Positions 28,505 through 38,667 of a stretch of 53,366 bases of DNA are shown here, piece after piece. How positions within the stretch are numbered: the first letter of the stretch is position 1; each line of letters opens with the position of its first letter. The notes under the pieces are model-generated. The model worked only from the letters and a program-made list of their open reading frames with translations, was not told where the DNA came from and did not search any database. The DNA is from Pseudomonadota bacterium (GTDB taxonomy: Bacteria; Desulfobacterota; Desulfobacteria; Desulfobacterales; RPRI01): NCBI GenBank assembly GCA_043825875.1, contig JBDRRF010000095.1:1-53366 (forward strand). The letters run 5' to 3'. Position numbers and translations under genes: made by a program.

Positions 28505-28751
28505 CAAGGGAATTAAAATGGTATTAACAGCACAATCGCTCAAAATGCAATGGAATTAGCCGTCTGGGTTAAGCGCCTGGTTCTGCAATTTTATTGATTG
28601 CGTTGAAAATATATCCTTAAAATGGTTTTCAAGAACCTCACCATTATAATATATAAAGAGGATTACTAAGATTGCGAATAGATAAAAAGAAATGTCTTAT
28701 TTTATTAAAGGGAGATAATAGAAGCTCCTATGATTGATATTTTTCTGCTGG

Positions 28752-29015
28752 CTATTCATAATGAGTCCACATACGAATAATTTTGACAGTTTTATCATCA
28801 TCCATGACCTGGTAAACGACCCTGTGCTGAATATTGATTCGTCTTGAGTAAGCGCCCGCTAAATCACCTAGGAGCTTTTCATAAGGAGGGGGTGTTTGGT
28901 ATGGATTATTGCGAAGGACTGCAATTACTGTTTCAGCTCTTGCCCTGAGTCCGGAGGCAGATAGCTTCTTTGCATCTTTTTGAGCTTGCTTCGTAAAAAC
29001 AATTCGCCAGCTCAC
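28752..29015 (-). CDS. yoeB: Txe/YoeB family toxin
   Basis: PPYEKLLGDLAGAYSRRINIQHRVVY...MWTHYE; GTG start overlaps the antitoxin stop (GTGA). Confidence 0.92.
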   Translation of the reverse strand: MSWRIVFTKQAQKDAKKLSASGLRARAETVIAVLRNNPYQTPPPYEKLLGDLAGAYSRRINIQHRVVYQVMDDDKTVKIIRMWTHYE

Positions 29016-29254
29016 CAATCGAGTTCCTCGTTGCAATCCTCTATGGGTGTTTCCAAACCTTCGCGAATAGATTCGCGCATACCCGGAAGGTTTAAAAGAT
29101 ACATGGTTTCTTGAATGGACCGCCAGTCATCCTCAGATATAAGAACGGCATTTCCTCTTTTGCCCGTAATAACAATAGGCTCATGCGATAATGATGTTTG
29201 GTCAATAAGGCGGTACAGTTTAGTTCGTGCTTCAGTAGCTGATAATGTGGGCAT
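29012..29254 (-). CDS. yefM: Phd/YefM family antitoxin
   Basis: MPTLSATEARTKLYRLID...PIVITGKRGNAVLISEDDWRSIQETMYL; GAGG RBS. Confidence 0.92.
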   Translation of the reverse strand: MPTLSATEARTKLYRLIDQTSLSHEPIVITGKRGNAVLISEDDWRSIQETMYLLNLPGMRESIREGLETPIEDCNEELDW

Positions 29255-29282
29255 GTTACACCTCAATTTGCAGTTTTTATTT

Positions 29283-29311
29283 AGGGTACGCCATAGCGTA
29301 CGCAATGTCAA
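29283..29311 (-). promoter_or_regulatory. Sigma-70 promoter and autorepression operator of yefM-yoeB
   Basis: TTGACA (29311-29306), 17 nt, TACCCT (29288-29283); overlapping palindrome GTACGC-cata-GCGTAC with GTAC cores 12 bp apart. Confidence 0.75.
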
Positions 29312-29510
29312 GTTTTATTGAGTTTACAGCTGGCTTATAGAATATCATAGCGAAAAAATAACTATAGTTTCCATTAACCATATGGATTCTCTATCTGATT
29401 GTTGCAAATCCTGCTTTAGTGAATATCTTAAAAGATAAGAGAAATCATAAATTGTAATTTATGTAAAATTTGTGTAGAAATATGTAAGAAATGCAGAAAC
29501 TTCAAGTTTA

Positions 29511-29570
29511 TACTGGGTTGCCGGATCATGTCCGGAATGACAAACCCGGGAGTTTTCAGCTTTTCGCGAA
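29511..29570. repeat. Partial copy (right end) of the CCGGAATGAC REP-like element
   Basis: CCGGATCATGTCCGGAATGACAAACCCGGGAGTTTTCAGCTTTT matches 15951-15987. Confidence 0.6.
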
Positions 29571-29615
29571 TCTATTAGATGATATTATTAACTTTAATTT
29601 GCTGTGGGTAATAAA

Positions 29616-30833
29616 ATGGAAATAGTCTCAATAGCATCAAGCAGGAAAAAAGGTACAAGAAAAACCTGTATAACGGAAGCCGAACTGATAGCAGACCATG
29701 GCTTAGATGGTGATGCCCATGCAGGCAAATGGCACAGGCAGGTCAGTTTTCTTGCAGCGGAAAGTATTGAGGATGCCAAAAACAGAGGGCTTACTGTAAC
29801 ATTTGGCGATTTTGCGGAAAATATTGCTACAACGGGAATCGACTGGAAAAATATGCCAGTTGGTTCAAAGTTAAGGCTTGGCGCAAAAGCTCTTGTGGAA
29901 GTCACTCAGATAGGAAAAGAGTGCAAGAAAAAATGCGCTATTTTTTATCAGGCAGGAGATTGTATAATGCCAAGAGAAGGTATTTTTGCAAAAGTATTGG
30001 AAGGTGGCATAATACGATGCGGCGATAAAATACAAATCATTTCTTCCCACACTAAAGTTATTCACTGGAAAGAAGAAAGTTTTGTGACAGTAAGCCAGAA
30101 TCTTATTGGAGAAGAACCTTTATCCATACGCATACAAGGAAAGCCCTATTCAGTAGTAATGCGGACTCCAGGTGAGGAAATACCTCATGTTGCAGGTTTT
30201 TGCCTTGGAGAAGGAATAGTAGATGCCCCTGAAGATTTTGCATCTCTTGCTTTTTGTGACGGAACTGACACTAATGTTGTTACTGCTACACTTACTGCTG
30301 CAAGAAAAGAATTAGTATCCGATCTTCTTGAAAGACGTGGTTTTGTAAGCCAGACAAGCTGTGGTTTATGCGGCAAGGAGCTTATTCAAGACCTTTACCA
30401 GGACATTAAGCCTATGGCAGATGGTTTAGTAGTAGATATAAATAAAGCAGCACATTGCCTCCAGTCTCTTTCCGATCACCAGCCCTTAAAAAAAGAAACA
30501 CATGCTTCCCATGCTTCTGCCATTTATAACAAAGACTACCAACTGTTAAGTGTTTCAGAAGATGTTGGACGCCATAATGGTTTAGATAAGGCTATAGGAA
30601 AATTGTTTCTTGATAAAAAGCTTTCGGACGCAGCTTTTCTGGTCCTATCATCAAGGATAAGTTTTGAGCTTGTTCAAAAGGCCGCAAGAGCAAAAATTGC
30701 GATAATTCTTGCATTTTCCCGTCCCACAGAACTTGCAGTAAAACTTGCCAAAGAACTTGATATGACAATAGCATGTCTTTCAAAAGATAACGGGCTTTTT
30801 ATATACTGTGGTGAAAAACGGCTAAAAAGATAA
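29616..30833 (+). CDS. fdhD: MOSC domain fused to formate dehydrogenase accessory sulfurtransferase FdhD
   Basis: N-terminal GDAHAGKWHRQVSFL, GDFAENI, TQIGKEC, GDCIMPREGIFA (MOSC); C-terminal EEPLSI, MRTPG, SCGLCG, EDVGRHNGLDKAIG, SSRISFELVQKA (FdhD). Confidence 0.88.
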   Translation: MEIVSIASSRKKGTRKTCITEAELIADHGLDGDAHAGKWHRQVSFLAAESIEDAKNRGLTVTFGDFAENIATTGIDWKNMPVGSKLRLGAKALVEVTQIGKECKKKCAIFYQAGDCIMPREGIFAKVLEGGIIRCGDKIQIISSHTKVIHWKEESFVTVSQNLIGEEPLSIRIQGKPYSVVMRTPGEEIPHVAGFCLGEGIVDAPEDFASLAFCDGTDTNVVTATLTAARKELVSDLLERRGFVSQTSCGLCGKELIQDLYQDIKPMADGLVVDINKAAHCLQSLSDHQPLKKETHASHASAIYNKDYQLLSVSEDVGRHNGLDKAIGKLFLDKKLSDAAFLVLSSRISFELVQKAARAKIAIILAFSRPTELAVKLAKELDMTIACLSKDNGLFIYCGEKRLKR

Positions 30834-30968
30834 TACTAACCTACATTGACGCCATCGTCATAGATTACAAGCTTGTCATATTTACCTTCCGGTGTTCCAG
30901 TTTTAAACACATTTATAACTTTCTGGATAAGATCTTTTTTTCTGAAATAGTTATAAGTGTCTCCTTTG

Positions 30969-32723
30969 TTATAGTGATAAATCCGGATTTAAGCTGTTTT
31001 TAAGCTTTTTTATTGTTTTTAAAGAAAGAATAATTACACCGAATGCCAGCACAATAAGCAGTATATCAGTTGTTATCAGCATATAGTTTTCTTTTGGAAG
31101 ATATTTGTCAATCAACAAACGCCACAGCGAATAAATCGTGGTAGCCATCATAAATATTGCAGGGATAATGGAAAACAATGCTTTCTTCCCGCGCTTTATT
31201 AACCAAACGGAGATAACAATTAACGCAAGAGAAGCAAGAAGCTGATTTGCAGATCCAAAAAGAGGCCAGATGACTAAAAACGCATTGTAGTATGCCAGCA
31301 CAAACATCATGATAACACAGATTAATGCATTAAAAATATATGTCTTAAAAAGCCTTGGAACATTTTTGAAAATAAACTGCCACAATTCTTCAAGCAAATA
31401 ACGATTCAGGCGTACAGCAGTATCTAAGGTTGTTACTACAAAACCTTCAACAAGTAAAATGCCAAATATTGTTCCAAATGCTGCCTGAATTCCTAAGCTG
31501 TTATGCAAAAGCAGCCCCATACTAAGAGCAAATGCCAGAATTGGATTTGATCTGACACCGGGTGTCTGAGGAAAAACAATATTAGTATAGTCACTAAAAT
31601 TAAGAGCGCTTCCTATGGCAATAAGTACGCACATGGCAAAGATACCTTCAATAATCATGCCTCCGTAGGCTATACGCCTCCCATCCGATTCTTTTCGTAA
31701 TTGTTTTGAGGTAGTTCCTCCGCATACCAGACAATGAAAACCGGAAATTGCACCGCATGCAACAGTAATAAACAGAAACGGCCATACCGGGCCGACCTTC
31801 GTGCTTGCCTCTTTAAGATTCCATGCAGGAGCCTGCATGGTGGCTCCTTGGAATCCGGCGATTATACCCGCTACAAGCAAAACACAAATGCCTCCGTAAA
31901 GCAGAAATGAATTGGTAAAATCACGGGGCTGTAAAACAAACCACACAGGAAGTCCTGCCGCAAATATTGTGTATATCGAGATAATGATCATCCAGTGAGT
32001 CGGATCAAGCGTAACCGGATATTTCAAACCGATTGTAACGGAAACAATGGCAATGGTTATCGCAATTAAAGATGCTAAATAAGGATTTATCTCACGTTTA
32101 TAAAGAAGATATCCCAAAAAAGGAGAGCAGAAAGTAATTACGATTACTGACATTGAGGCAATGCCACCAATCTGCACATTAACTATGCCATCAATAACTG
32201 CTGTTTTTAAAAGTGTCTGAGACGGATCAAGATTAAGAGATTCAAGGGGTACTTTTGATGTAAGAGAAGTTGCGGTAAGACCCAGAAAAGCACTGGTAAC
32301 CGTCAGAAGCATAATTATAGTAAATGCGATAAAAAGAAAAAATCCCGTCCTGCCAAGCGAGGTGTTTGCTATCTCGGCAATGGATTTTCCTTTTTCACGA
32401 ATACTGGCATAAAGAGTTGCAAGGTCATGTGCCGCACCGATGAATATCGAACCTATAACTAGCCATAACCAAACCGGAACATAACCGAAAAGAACCGCAA
32501 CCGCTGGCCCGATTATTGGCCCTCCGCCGGCTATGCTGGAAAAATGATGTCCGAATAAAACGACAGGGTTTGTAGGCACATAATCAATATTGTCTTTGAA
32601 GGCAACTGCCGGTGTCTTATTGGAGTCATCTTCGTCAAACAACCGTGCTATCATCTTGCTGTAAAACGCATATCCCAGGTAAAAAAGCGGAAGCGCCAGA
32701 ATCAGCAAAACTGCAACGTTCAT
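30969..32723 (-). CDS. cstA: Carbon starvation protein A family transporter
   Basis: DYVPTNPVVLFGHHFSSIAGGGPIIGP, FLFITVACGAISGFH, TTLDTAVRL, IWPLFGSANQLLA. Confidence 0.93.
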   Translation of the reverse strand: MNVAVLLILALPLFYLGYAFYSKMIARLFDEDDSNKTPAVAFKDNIDYVPTNPVVLFGHHFSSIAGGGPIIGPAVAVLFGYVPVWLWLVIGSIFIGAAHDLATLYASIREKGKSIAEIANTSLGRTGFFLFIAFTIIMLLTVTSAFLGLTATSLTSKVPLESLNLDPSQTLLKTAVIDGIVNVQIGGIASMSVIVITFCSPFLGYLLYKREINPYLASLIAITIAIVSVTIGLKYPVTLDPTHWMIIISIYTIFAAGLPVWFVLQPRDFTNSFLLYGGICVLLVAGIIAGFQGATMQAPAWNLKEASTKVGPVWPFLFITVACGAISGFHCLVCGGTTSKQLRKESDGRRIAYGGMIIEGIFAMCVLIAIGSALNFSDYTNIVFPQTPGVRSNPILAFALSMGLLLHNSLGIQAAFGTIFGILLVEGFVVTTLDTAVRLNRYLLEELWQFIFKNVPRLFKTYIFNALICVIMMFVLAYYNAFLVIWPLFGSANQLLASLALIVISVWLIKRGKKALFSIIPAIFMMATTIYSLWRLLIDKYLPKENYMLITTDILLIVLAFGVIILSLKTIKKLKNSLNPDLSL

Positions 32724-32919
32724 AATTTATCCTCCTAATCTAAAACAATAAAATATAGATTTCCCACAGTATTGCTTAAGCGAACAAACTATAATTTGGT
32801 TAGAAATGATTGTAAAGGCTTAATATATCATTTGTGGTATTGGCAATATCATTTCGTTTGTGTTAGATTGCGCAATCGGCTCATTTTGAGCTATTTTTTT
32901 ATAAAGGGTTAAATAAAAT

Positions 32920-34314
32920 ATGGGATTAAAAAAAGGCGAAATTATTGAACTTGAAATAACCGGCATGGCCTTTGGCGGGAAAGCAATAGCCAAAGTTGAC
33001 GGGTTTGCGGTTTTTGTAGATAAAGCTGTTCCGTTAGACCGGGTTAGAGCACGCATAGTAAAAAAGAAAAAGAGTTTTGCAGAAGCTGCTATGGTAGAAA
33101 TAATTGAAGCATCACCTTACAGAATAAATCCGCCGTGTGAATACAGCGGTTATTGTGGTGGTTGTAAGTGGCAGTTCATAGAATATGAACGTCAGCTTTA
33201 TTACAAGCAGCAGCATGTGAAAGAAGCATTGGAACATATCGGGTTTTTAAAAGATATTACAATACATCCTGTAATTCCATCGCAATCGATCTTTGGATAC
33301 AGGAACAAGATGGAATTTTCCTGTTCAGACAAAAAATGGCTAATGCCTTCAGATTTTACTGCCGGAGAAAAAAACGCAGGTTTTGCACTGGGGCTTCATG
33401 TGCCAGGGACTTTTGATAAAGTACTTGATATAAAAGCCTGTTTATTGCAGCCGGAAAAAGGAAATTTAATTTTAAATGATGTAAAAGAGTTTATGCAAAA
33501 TTCCGGTGCCCCACCCTATGGCCTTAGATCCCATGAAGGTTTCTGGCGCTTTCTTATGCTTCGAAATTCGGGAGCATACGGCAGTTGGATGGTAAATATT
33601 ATTACTTCTGCCGAAGATAATAAAGTGGTCAAGCCTCTTTCCGATATGCTTGTACAAAAGTACTTAGATATAGTATCTGTAATAAACAATATTACTTCAA
33701 GCAAAGCTGGTGTTGCTGTGGGAGAATATGAGAAAGTTCTTGCAGGGTCTTCTTATATAAAAGATAAAATTGGAGCTTTTGAATTTAAAATATCGGCAAA
33801 TTCTTTTTTCCAGACAAATACAAAAGGGGCACAAATTCTATATAACAAAGTAAAGGAGTTTGCTCAACTTTCCGGTAAAGAAACGGTGATAGATTTATAC
33901 AGCGGAACAGGCACCATACCAATATATCTGTCCGCAGATGCCGGTGAAATTACAGGGATTGAGATTTCTGAAAGTGCTGTATCAGATGCTAAAAACAATT
34001 GCATAATAAATGGCATATCAAACTGCACTTTTATAACCGGAGATATTAAAAACAGCCTTTCAAAGATTGAAAAACAGCCTGATGTTCTTATTATTGATCC
34101 GCCAAGAGTGGGGATGCACAAAGATGTAGTAAAGCAGGTTATTGATATGGCTCCTGAAAGAATTGTTTATGTCTCCTGCAACCCGGCTACCCTTGCAAGA
34201 GATCTTTTTATATTAAAGGATTATTTTGATGTAATACAAGTACAGCCGGTTGATATGTTTCCACATACTTTCCATATTGAATCTGTGGCAAAGCTTGAAA
34301 AAAAGCGTTTTTGA
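32920..34314 (+). CDS. rlmD: 23S rRNA (uracil-1939-C5)-methyltransferase
   Basis: TRAM domain, CxxxxxCGGC Fe-S motif, YRNKMEF, SFFQTN, DPPRVG, YVSCNPATLARD, DMFPHTFHIE. Confidence 0.95.
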   Translation: MGLKKGEIIELEITGMAFGGKAIAKVDGFAVFVDKAVPLDRVRARIVKKKKSFAEAAMVEIIEASPYRINPPCEYSGYCGGCKWQFIEYERQLYYKQQHVKEALEHIGFLKDITIHPVIPSQSIFGYRNKMEFSCSDKKWLMPSDFTAGEKNAGFALGLHVPGTFDKVLDIKACLLQPEKGNLILNDVKEFMQNSGAPPYGLRSHEGFWRFLMLRNSGAYGSWMVNIITSAEDNKVVKPLSDMLVQKYLDIVSVINNITSSKAGVAVGEYEKVLAGSSYIKDKIGAFEFKISANSFFQTNTKGAQILYNKVKEFAQLSGKETVIDLYSGTGTIPIYLSADAGEITGIEISESAVSDAKNNCIINGISNCTFITGDIKNSLSKIEKQPDVLIIDPPRVGMHKDVVKQVIDMAPERIVYVSCNPATLARDLFILKDYFDVIQVQPVDMFPHTFHIESVAKLEKKRF

Positions 34315-34398
34315 TTGAGTTGTTTGAAAAAATATGTATAATATTAAGGGTATAAAATGTATATAGTCGCATGGGTTATTTTAATTACGGTTTGAGAG

Positions 34399-35037
34399 AT
34401 GCTTAAAAATACTTTTATAAAAAAATCAGCATTGGTTGGTATTTATTTTATCATGGTTTTGTTTGCTTGCGGCTGTGTGACTTTAGCCTTTGCTGATATC
34501 TATAAGTATATTGATGAAAACGGTGTGATGCATTTTACTAATGTTCCTACAAAACCATCATATAATTATCAACTTTTTATTAAAGATATCCCAAGAAAAA
34601 CAAAGAATAAAGGTTTGCCATTTTATTCATCGAATAAATATGATCATATGATTTCGGAAGCTTCAAAGAAGCACGGGATTTCGTTTCCTTTGCTGAAAGC
34701 AGTGATAAAGGCTGAGTCTGATTTTGACCCAAAAGCTGTATCAAGAGCCGGAGCACTCGGATTAATGCAGATAATGCCTCAAAATGTAAAAGCTTTTAAA
34801 ATGAAGGACCCTTTTGATCCAAAAGAAAATATTTTAACAGGAACGTGGTATTTCAAAAAACTACTTAACAGGTTTGATGGAAAGCTTCATCTGGCGTTAG
34901 CTGCATATAATGCCGGACCAAAAGCTGTTGTTTTTTATAAGGGCATTCCTCCCATAAGAGAAACTGAAGACTATGTTGAAAAAGTTATGAAGTACTTTCA
35001 TTATTTTAAACAAAACAGCCCCGGCATTTCGCATTGA
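34399..35037 (+). CDS. Lytic transglycosylase (SLT domain) with an N-terminal DUF4124-like domain
   Basis: ADIYKYIDENGVMHFTNVP; AESDFDPKAVSRAGALGLMQIMP; LALAAYNAGP; ETEDYV. Confidence 0.92.
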   Translation: MLKNTFIKKSALVGIYFIMVLFACGCVTLAFADIYKYIDENGVMHFTNVPTKPSYNYQLFIKDIPRKTKNKGLPFYSSNKYDHMISEASKKHGISFPLLKAVIKAESDFDPKAVSRAGALGLMQIMPQNVKAFKMKDPFDPKENILTGTWYFKKLLNRFDGKLHLALAAYNAGPKAVVFYKGIPPIRETEDYVEKVMKYFHYFKQNSPGISH

Positions 35038-35087
35038 ACCATAGAGTAGAAAAAGCCTGATAGCTATATGCTGTATGCCACCATCCA

Positions 35088-37097
35088 TTATTCATTATAC
35101 TTCAATACTATTCCTGTACGTGTAGGAAGATAAAGGCTGATAAACTGACGCTTTGAGTCCTTTGCTTCATCGCGAATTGTTTTATGATCATGATCAGGAA
35201 TGAGCCGGTTATGACCTCCATATTCGGGCGAATCGCTGTCAAAAATCATTTGATAGGTTCCCGGAGGTGCATCAAAGCAGTAATTTGTAAAAGATGAAGT
35301 AGGGTGAAAATTGAAAACAAATAAAAGGCCGGCACGCCTGAAGGCAATAACCTTGTCAGAAGTATTTTCGTATAACATCATCGGAGAAGAAGATTCTAAA
35401 ATATGAAATTGCTTTGCCAGAGCAATCATGTCGCGGTCATAGTTTGCAAGAAAATGATATTTTAATAAAGGGTCATCGACAAGATGCCATTGGCGCCTGG
35501 CATAATGATATGACCAGTTGTTGCCTTGCCTGGGAAAGTCTATCCATTCGGGATGTCCGAATTCATTTCCCATGAAGTTTAAGTATCCGTTTCCTGCAGT
35601 AGTTAAAGTTATCAGTCTTATTAATTTATGTAAGGCAATTCCTCTGTCAACCCTGAAATTATCATCGTTAATAGCCATATGATCGTACATATCGGTGCCT
35701 ATCAGTCTGAAAATAAGGGATTGATCTCCTACAAGAGCCTGATCATGTGATTCGCAATAGCTTATTGATTTTTCTTCTATGCGCCTGTTGTTAAGTTCAT
35801 ACCAAAGATGCCCGGTAGGCCAGTCTTCATCATAAGAATCCTTAACAAGCTGTATCCAGAAATCTGGTATTCCCATCGAAAAACGGTAATCAAAGCCGAA
35901 GCCACCTTCCGATAAGGGAGCTGCGAGTCCGGGCATTCCGCTTATATCTTCTGCTATAGTTATTGCATCCGGCCTGATATCGTGTATCAGTTTATTTGCA
36001 AGGGCGAGATAAGTCAAAGCATCTTCATCAACCTCATCACTAAAATAGTCATTATATGAAGTAAATGGTTTTCCCAGGCCGTGGTGTAGATATAACATGC
36101 TTGTGATACCATCAAATCTGAATCCGTCAAAACGAAATTCTTCCAACCAGTATCTGCAATTTGAGAGCAGAAAATTGAGCACTTCCTTTTTATTATAATC
36201 AAAACATCTGGAATCCCATGCGCTATGTATTCCACGTGGCCCATCATGAAAATACTGGTACAATGTGCCGTCAAATCTGCTTATGCCCTCGACTTCATTG
36301 GAAACAGCATGGGAATGAATTATATCCATAATAACGACTATGCCTGCCGAATGTGCGGAATCAATAAGTTCTTTTAAATCTTCAGGAGTTCCGAAGCGTG
36401 ATGAAGGTGCAAAAAAATTAGAAACCTGATATCCGAAAGATCCGTAATACGGGTGTTCCTGGATTGCCATAAGCTGTATCATATTATAACCGGAAGATAC
36501 GATACGTGGGAGTATTTTTTCTGTAAATTCTTTATAAGTACCTATCTTATTTTCTTCCTGAGCCATACCTATATGGGCTTCATAAATCAAAGGAGCTTCT
36601 TTGCTACATTTAAAATCGGGAAAACGCCATTTGTATGGATATGCAGGATGCCAGACTTGCGCATTAAAAATAAGAGTATGCGGATCCTGAACTACACGGT
36701 TTGCATAAGATGGTACTCTGTCTCCTTTACCACCTGGCCAGTGGAGTCTTAATCTGTATAGATCTTTATGCTTCAGGGTTTTTTCAGGAAGTACTATTTC
36801 CCACACACCTGTGTTGGTGATTCTGTTTAAAGAATATTTATCATTTTCCTGCCAGTTTGTAATCTCTCCAATCAAAAATACAGATTCGGCATTAGGCGCC
36901 CATTCTCTAAATATCCACTGGTTGTTGGAAAAATGAAGACCGAAGTAATTATGGCCGGAAGCAAAGTTGGCAAGATTGTTCTTGCCTTTAGTAAGAAAAA
37001 TATCTTTCTCAATTATATTTGTTATCCGGTTTTCAATAGCATCCTGGTAAAGTTTCAGGAAAGGGTCATTTATGTAAAATCTTTCTTTATTTGTCAT
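35088..37097 (-). CDS. glgB: 1,4-alpha-glucan branching enzyme (GH13, GH13_8-like)
   Basis: FREWAPNA, YEAHIGMA, QEHPYYGSFGYQVSNFFAPSSRFGTP, GFRFDGITSMLY, AEDISGMP, YCESHDQALVGD, LNFMGNEFGHPEWIDFPR. Confidence 0.93.
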   Translation of the reverse strand: MTNKERFYINDPFLKLYQDAIENRITNIIEKDIFLTKGKNNLANFASGHNYFGLHFSNNQWIFREWAPNAESVFLIGEITNWQENDKYSLNRITNTGVWEIVLPEKTLKHKDLYRLRLHWPGGKGDRVPSYANRVVQDPHTLIFNAQVWHPAYPYKWRFPDFKCSKEAPLIYEAHIGMAQEENKIGTYKEFTEKILPRIVSSGYNMIQLMAIQEHPYYGSFGYQVSNFFAPSSRFGTPEDLKELIDSAHSAGIVVIMDIIHSHAVSNEVEGISRFDGTLYQYFHDGPRGIHSAWDSRCFDYNKKEVLNFLLSNCRYWLEEFRFDGFRFDGITSMLYLHHGLGKPFTSYNDYFSDEVDEDALTYLALANKLIHDIRPDAITIAEDISGMPGLAAPLSEGGFGFDYRFSMGIPDFWIQLVKDSYDEDWPTGHLWYELNNRRIEEKSISYCESHDQALVGDQSLIFRLIGTDMYDHMAINDDNFRVDRGIALHKLIRLITLTTAGNGYLNFMGNEFGHPEWIDFPRQGNNWSYHYARRQWHLVDDPLLKYHFLANYDRDMIALAKQFHILESSSPMMLYENTSDKVIAFRRAGLLFVFNFHPTSSFTNYCFDAPPGTYQMIFDSDSPEYGGHNRLIPDHDHKTIRDEAKDSKRQFISLYLPTRTGIVLKYNE

Positions 37098-37121
37098 CGT
37101 TACTTCCAATCGGAGTATTTA

Positions 37122-38642
37122 TCAAGAAGTAGTAATAAGCGGACGTTGTAACATTTTCTCATAAAGGTTTATATAGTGTTTTGCCGTAACGGAATGATTG
37201 AAGCTGCCAATGCTTTGTTGCATGATTCTTTTTATTTGTTTTTGTTTTACATTTGAGGGTAATTTATAAAATTTTATTGCCTGGCTGATAGCCCAAAACA
37301 ACCCCTGTGTACCGTAATGATCGAATAAAAATCCATTTCCTGTTTCTTTTGTTACATCAAGGTCTGTTACTGTGTCGTGCAATCCGCCCGTGTTATGGGC
37401 AATCGGTAAAGAACCGTATATTGCTCCTATCATCTGCGGCAATCCGCAAGGTTCAAAACGAGAGGGCATAAGTACAAAATCCGAGGCGGCATATGCCATG
37501 CGCTCAAGTCTTTCATCGAAATTGCACACAGCAACCCTGTTATTGAAACGGTGAAAATCAACAATGTTTTTAAAGTGCTGCTGATATTCTCCATTTGCCA
37601 CAAAAACGATTTGAAGATTTAAATCCCAGTATGAAGATATTACATTATACAAAATATCCGCAAGAAGTTCGGACCCTTTCTGAATTGAATCCAGCCTGGA
37701 AGGCCAGAAAAGTAAAGGGGCCTTATCATCTTTTATCAGCCCCAGCATTTTTTGGAATGCTTGTTTATTTTTTAATTTTCCGTTTTTAAAATTATCAGTG
37801 TCATATTTGAAAAAAATTTCACTATCTTTGGCCGGATTGAAAGTTGGATCAGGAGCATTAAGAATTCCGGTTGCGCATTCTGAATGCCATTTATTTGATA
37901 ATTGCTGCTTGAGATAAGGCTCGACAAAATGATGCCTTCCCTCAATTATTTCGTTCAAAAAAGTAGGGCTTACAGTGTTTACATAATGGGCAGCAAAAAC
38001 TCCGCTTGTAAGAAGATCAACAGGATTTGATTCGCGTGTTCCCCAGTAATCATATGCCATTTGCTCATAATAAAGATTTTGCCAGAAGGAAGCCGCGTCA
38101 ATTCCGGCATCTTCAATATTTGACAGAAAAGTTTTAGTTGTATGAATATTGTGTATGGTAAACAGGCAGGGTATTCCCATTTTTCTTGCCATAGCCGGTA
38201 TAAGGCCGGTCATCCAGTCATTGCAATGAATCAAATCCGGTCTTACCTCCGGAACTATATGATTTATTACTTCACGCTGGAAGGATAAGGCAATTTTCAG
38301 GTTTTCCCATCCGTAGCTGGAATAAACATGATTTAGGTAGTAAAACACTTTGTCTTCGGCAAGATGAATTCTTTCATCAGGCATTTTTTGACGGATTAAA
38401 TCCAATTCTTTACCAAAAATACGGGCGAGTTGGGAATTAAAAATTTCTCTGTAATCAGGCAGAGCGACATGCACATCTGCCCCATGTTCAAACAGGGCGC
38501 TTATCAATGCAGCTGAAACATCGGCAAGGCCCCCGGCTTTTGCAGTAAAATAATTACTGATATTTCCCATTCCTTCAGGGAGATGAGTTACTTCAGGTGT
38601 TACAATAAGTATGCGTGGATTTTTTACCGAAGCGGCAGACAT
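37122..38642 (-). CDS. glgA: Glycogen synthase (GT5)
   Basis: KAGGLADV, HCNDWMTG, FTIHN, MPSRFEPCGLPQM, TGGLHDTV. Confidence 0.93.
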   Translation of the reverse strand: MSAASVKNPRILIVTPEVTHLPEGMGNISNYFTAKAGGLADVSAALISALFEHGADVHVALPDYREIFNSQLARIFGKELDLIRQKMPDERIHLAEDKVFYYLNHVYSSYGWENLKIALSFQREVINHIVPEVRPDLIHCNDWMTGLIPAMARKMGIPCLFTIHNIHTTKTFLSNIEDAGIDAASFWQNLYYEQMAYDYWGTRESNPVDLLTSGVFAAHYVNTVSPTFLNEIIEGRHHFVEPYLKQQLSNKWHSECATGILNAPDPTFNPAKDSEIFFKYDTDNFKNGKLKNKQAFQKMLGLIKDDKAPLLFWPSRLDSIQKGSELLADILYNVISSYWDLNLQIVFVANGEYQQHFKNIVDFHRFNNRVAVCNFDERLERMAYAASDFVLMPSRFEPCGLPQMIGAIYGSLPIAHNTGGLHDTVTDLDVTKETGNGFLFDHYGTQGLFWAISQAIKFYKLPSNVKQKQIKRIMQQSIGSFNHSVTAKHYINLYEKMLQRPLITTS

Positions 38643-38667
38643 TATGCGATCCTTTTATTTTACTATA

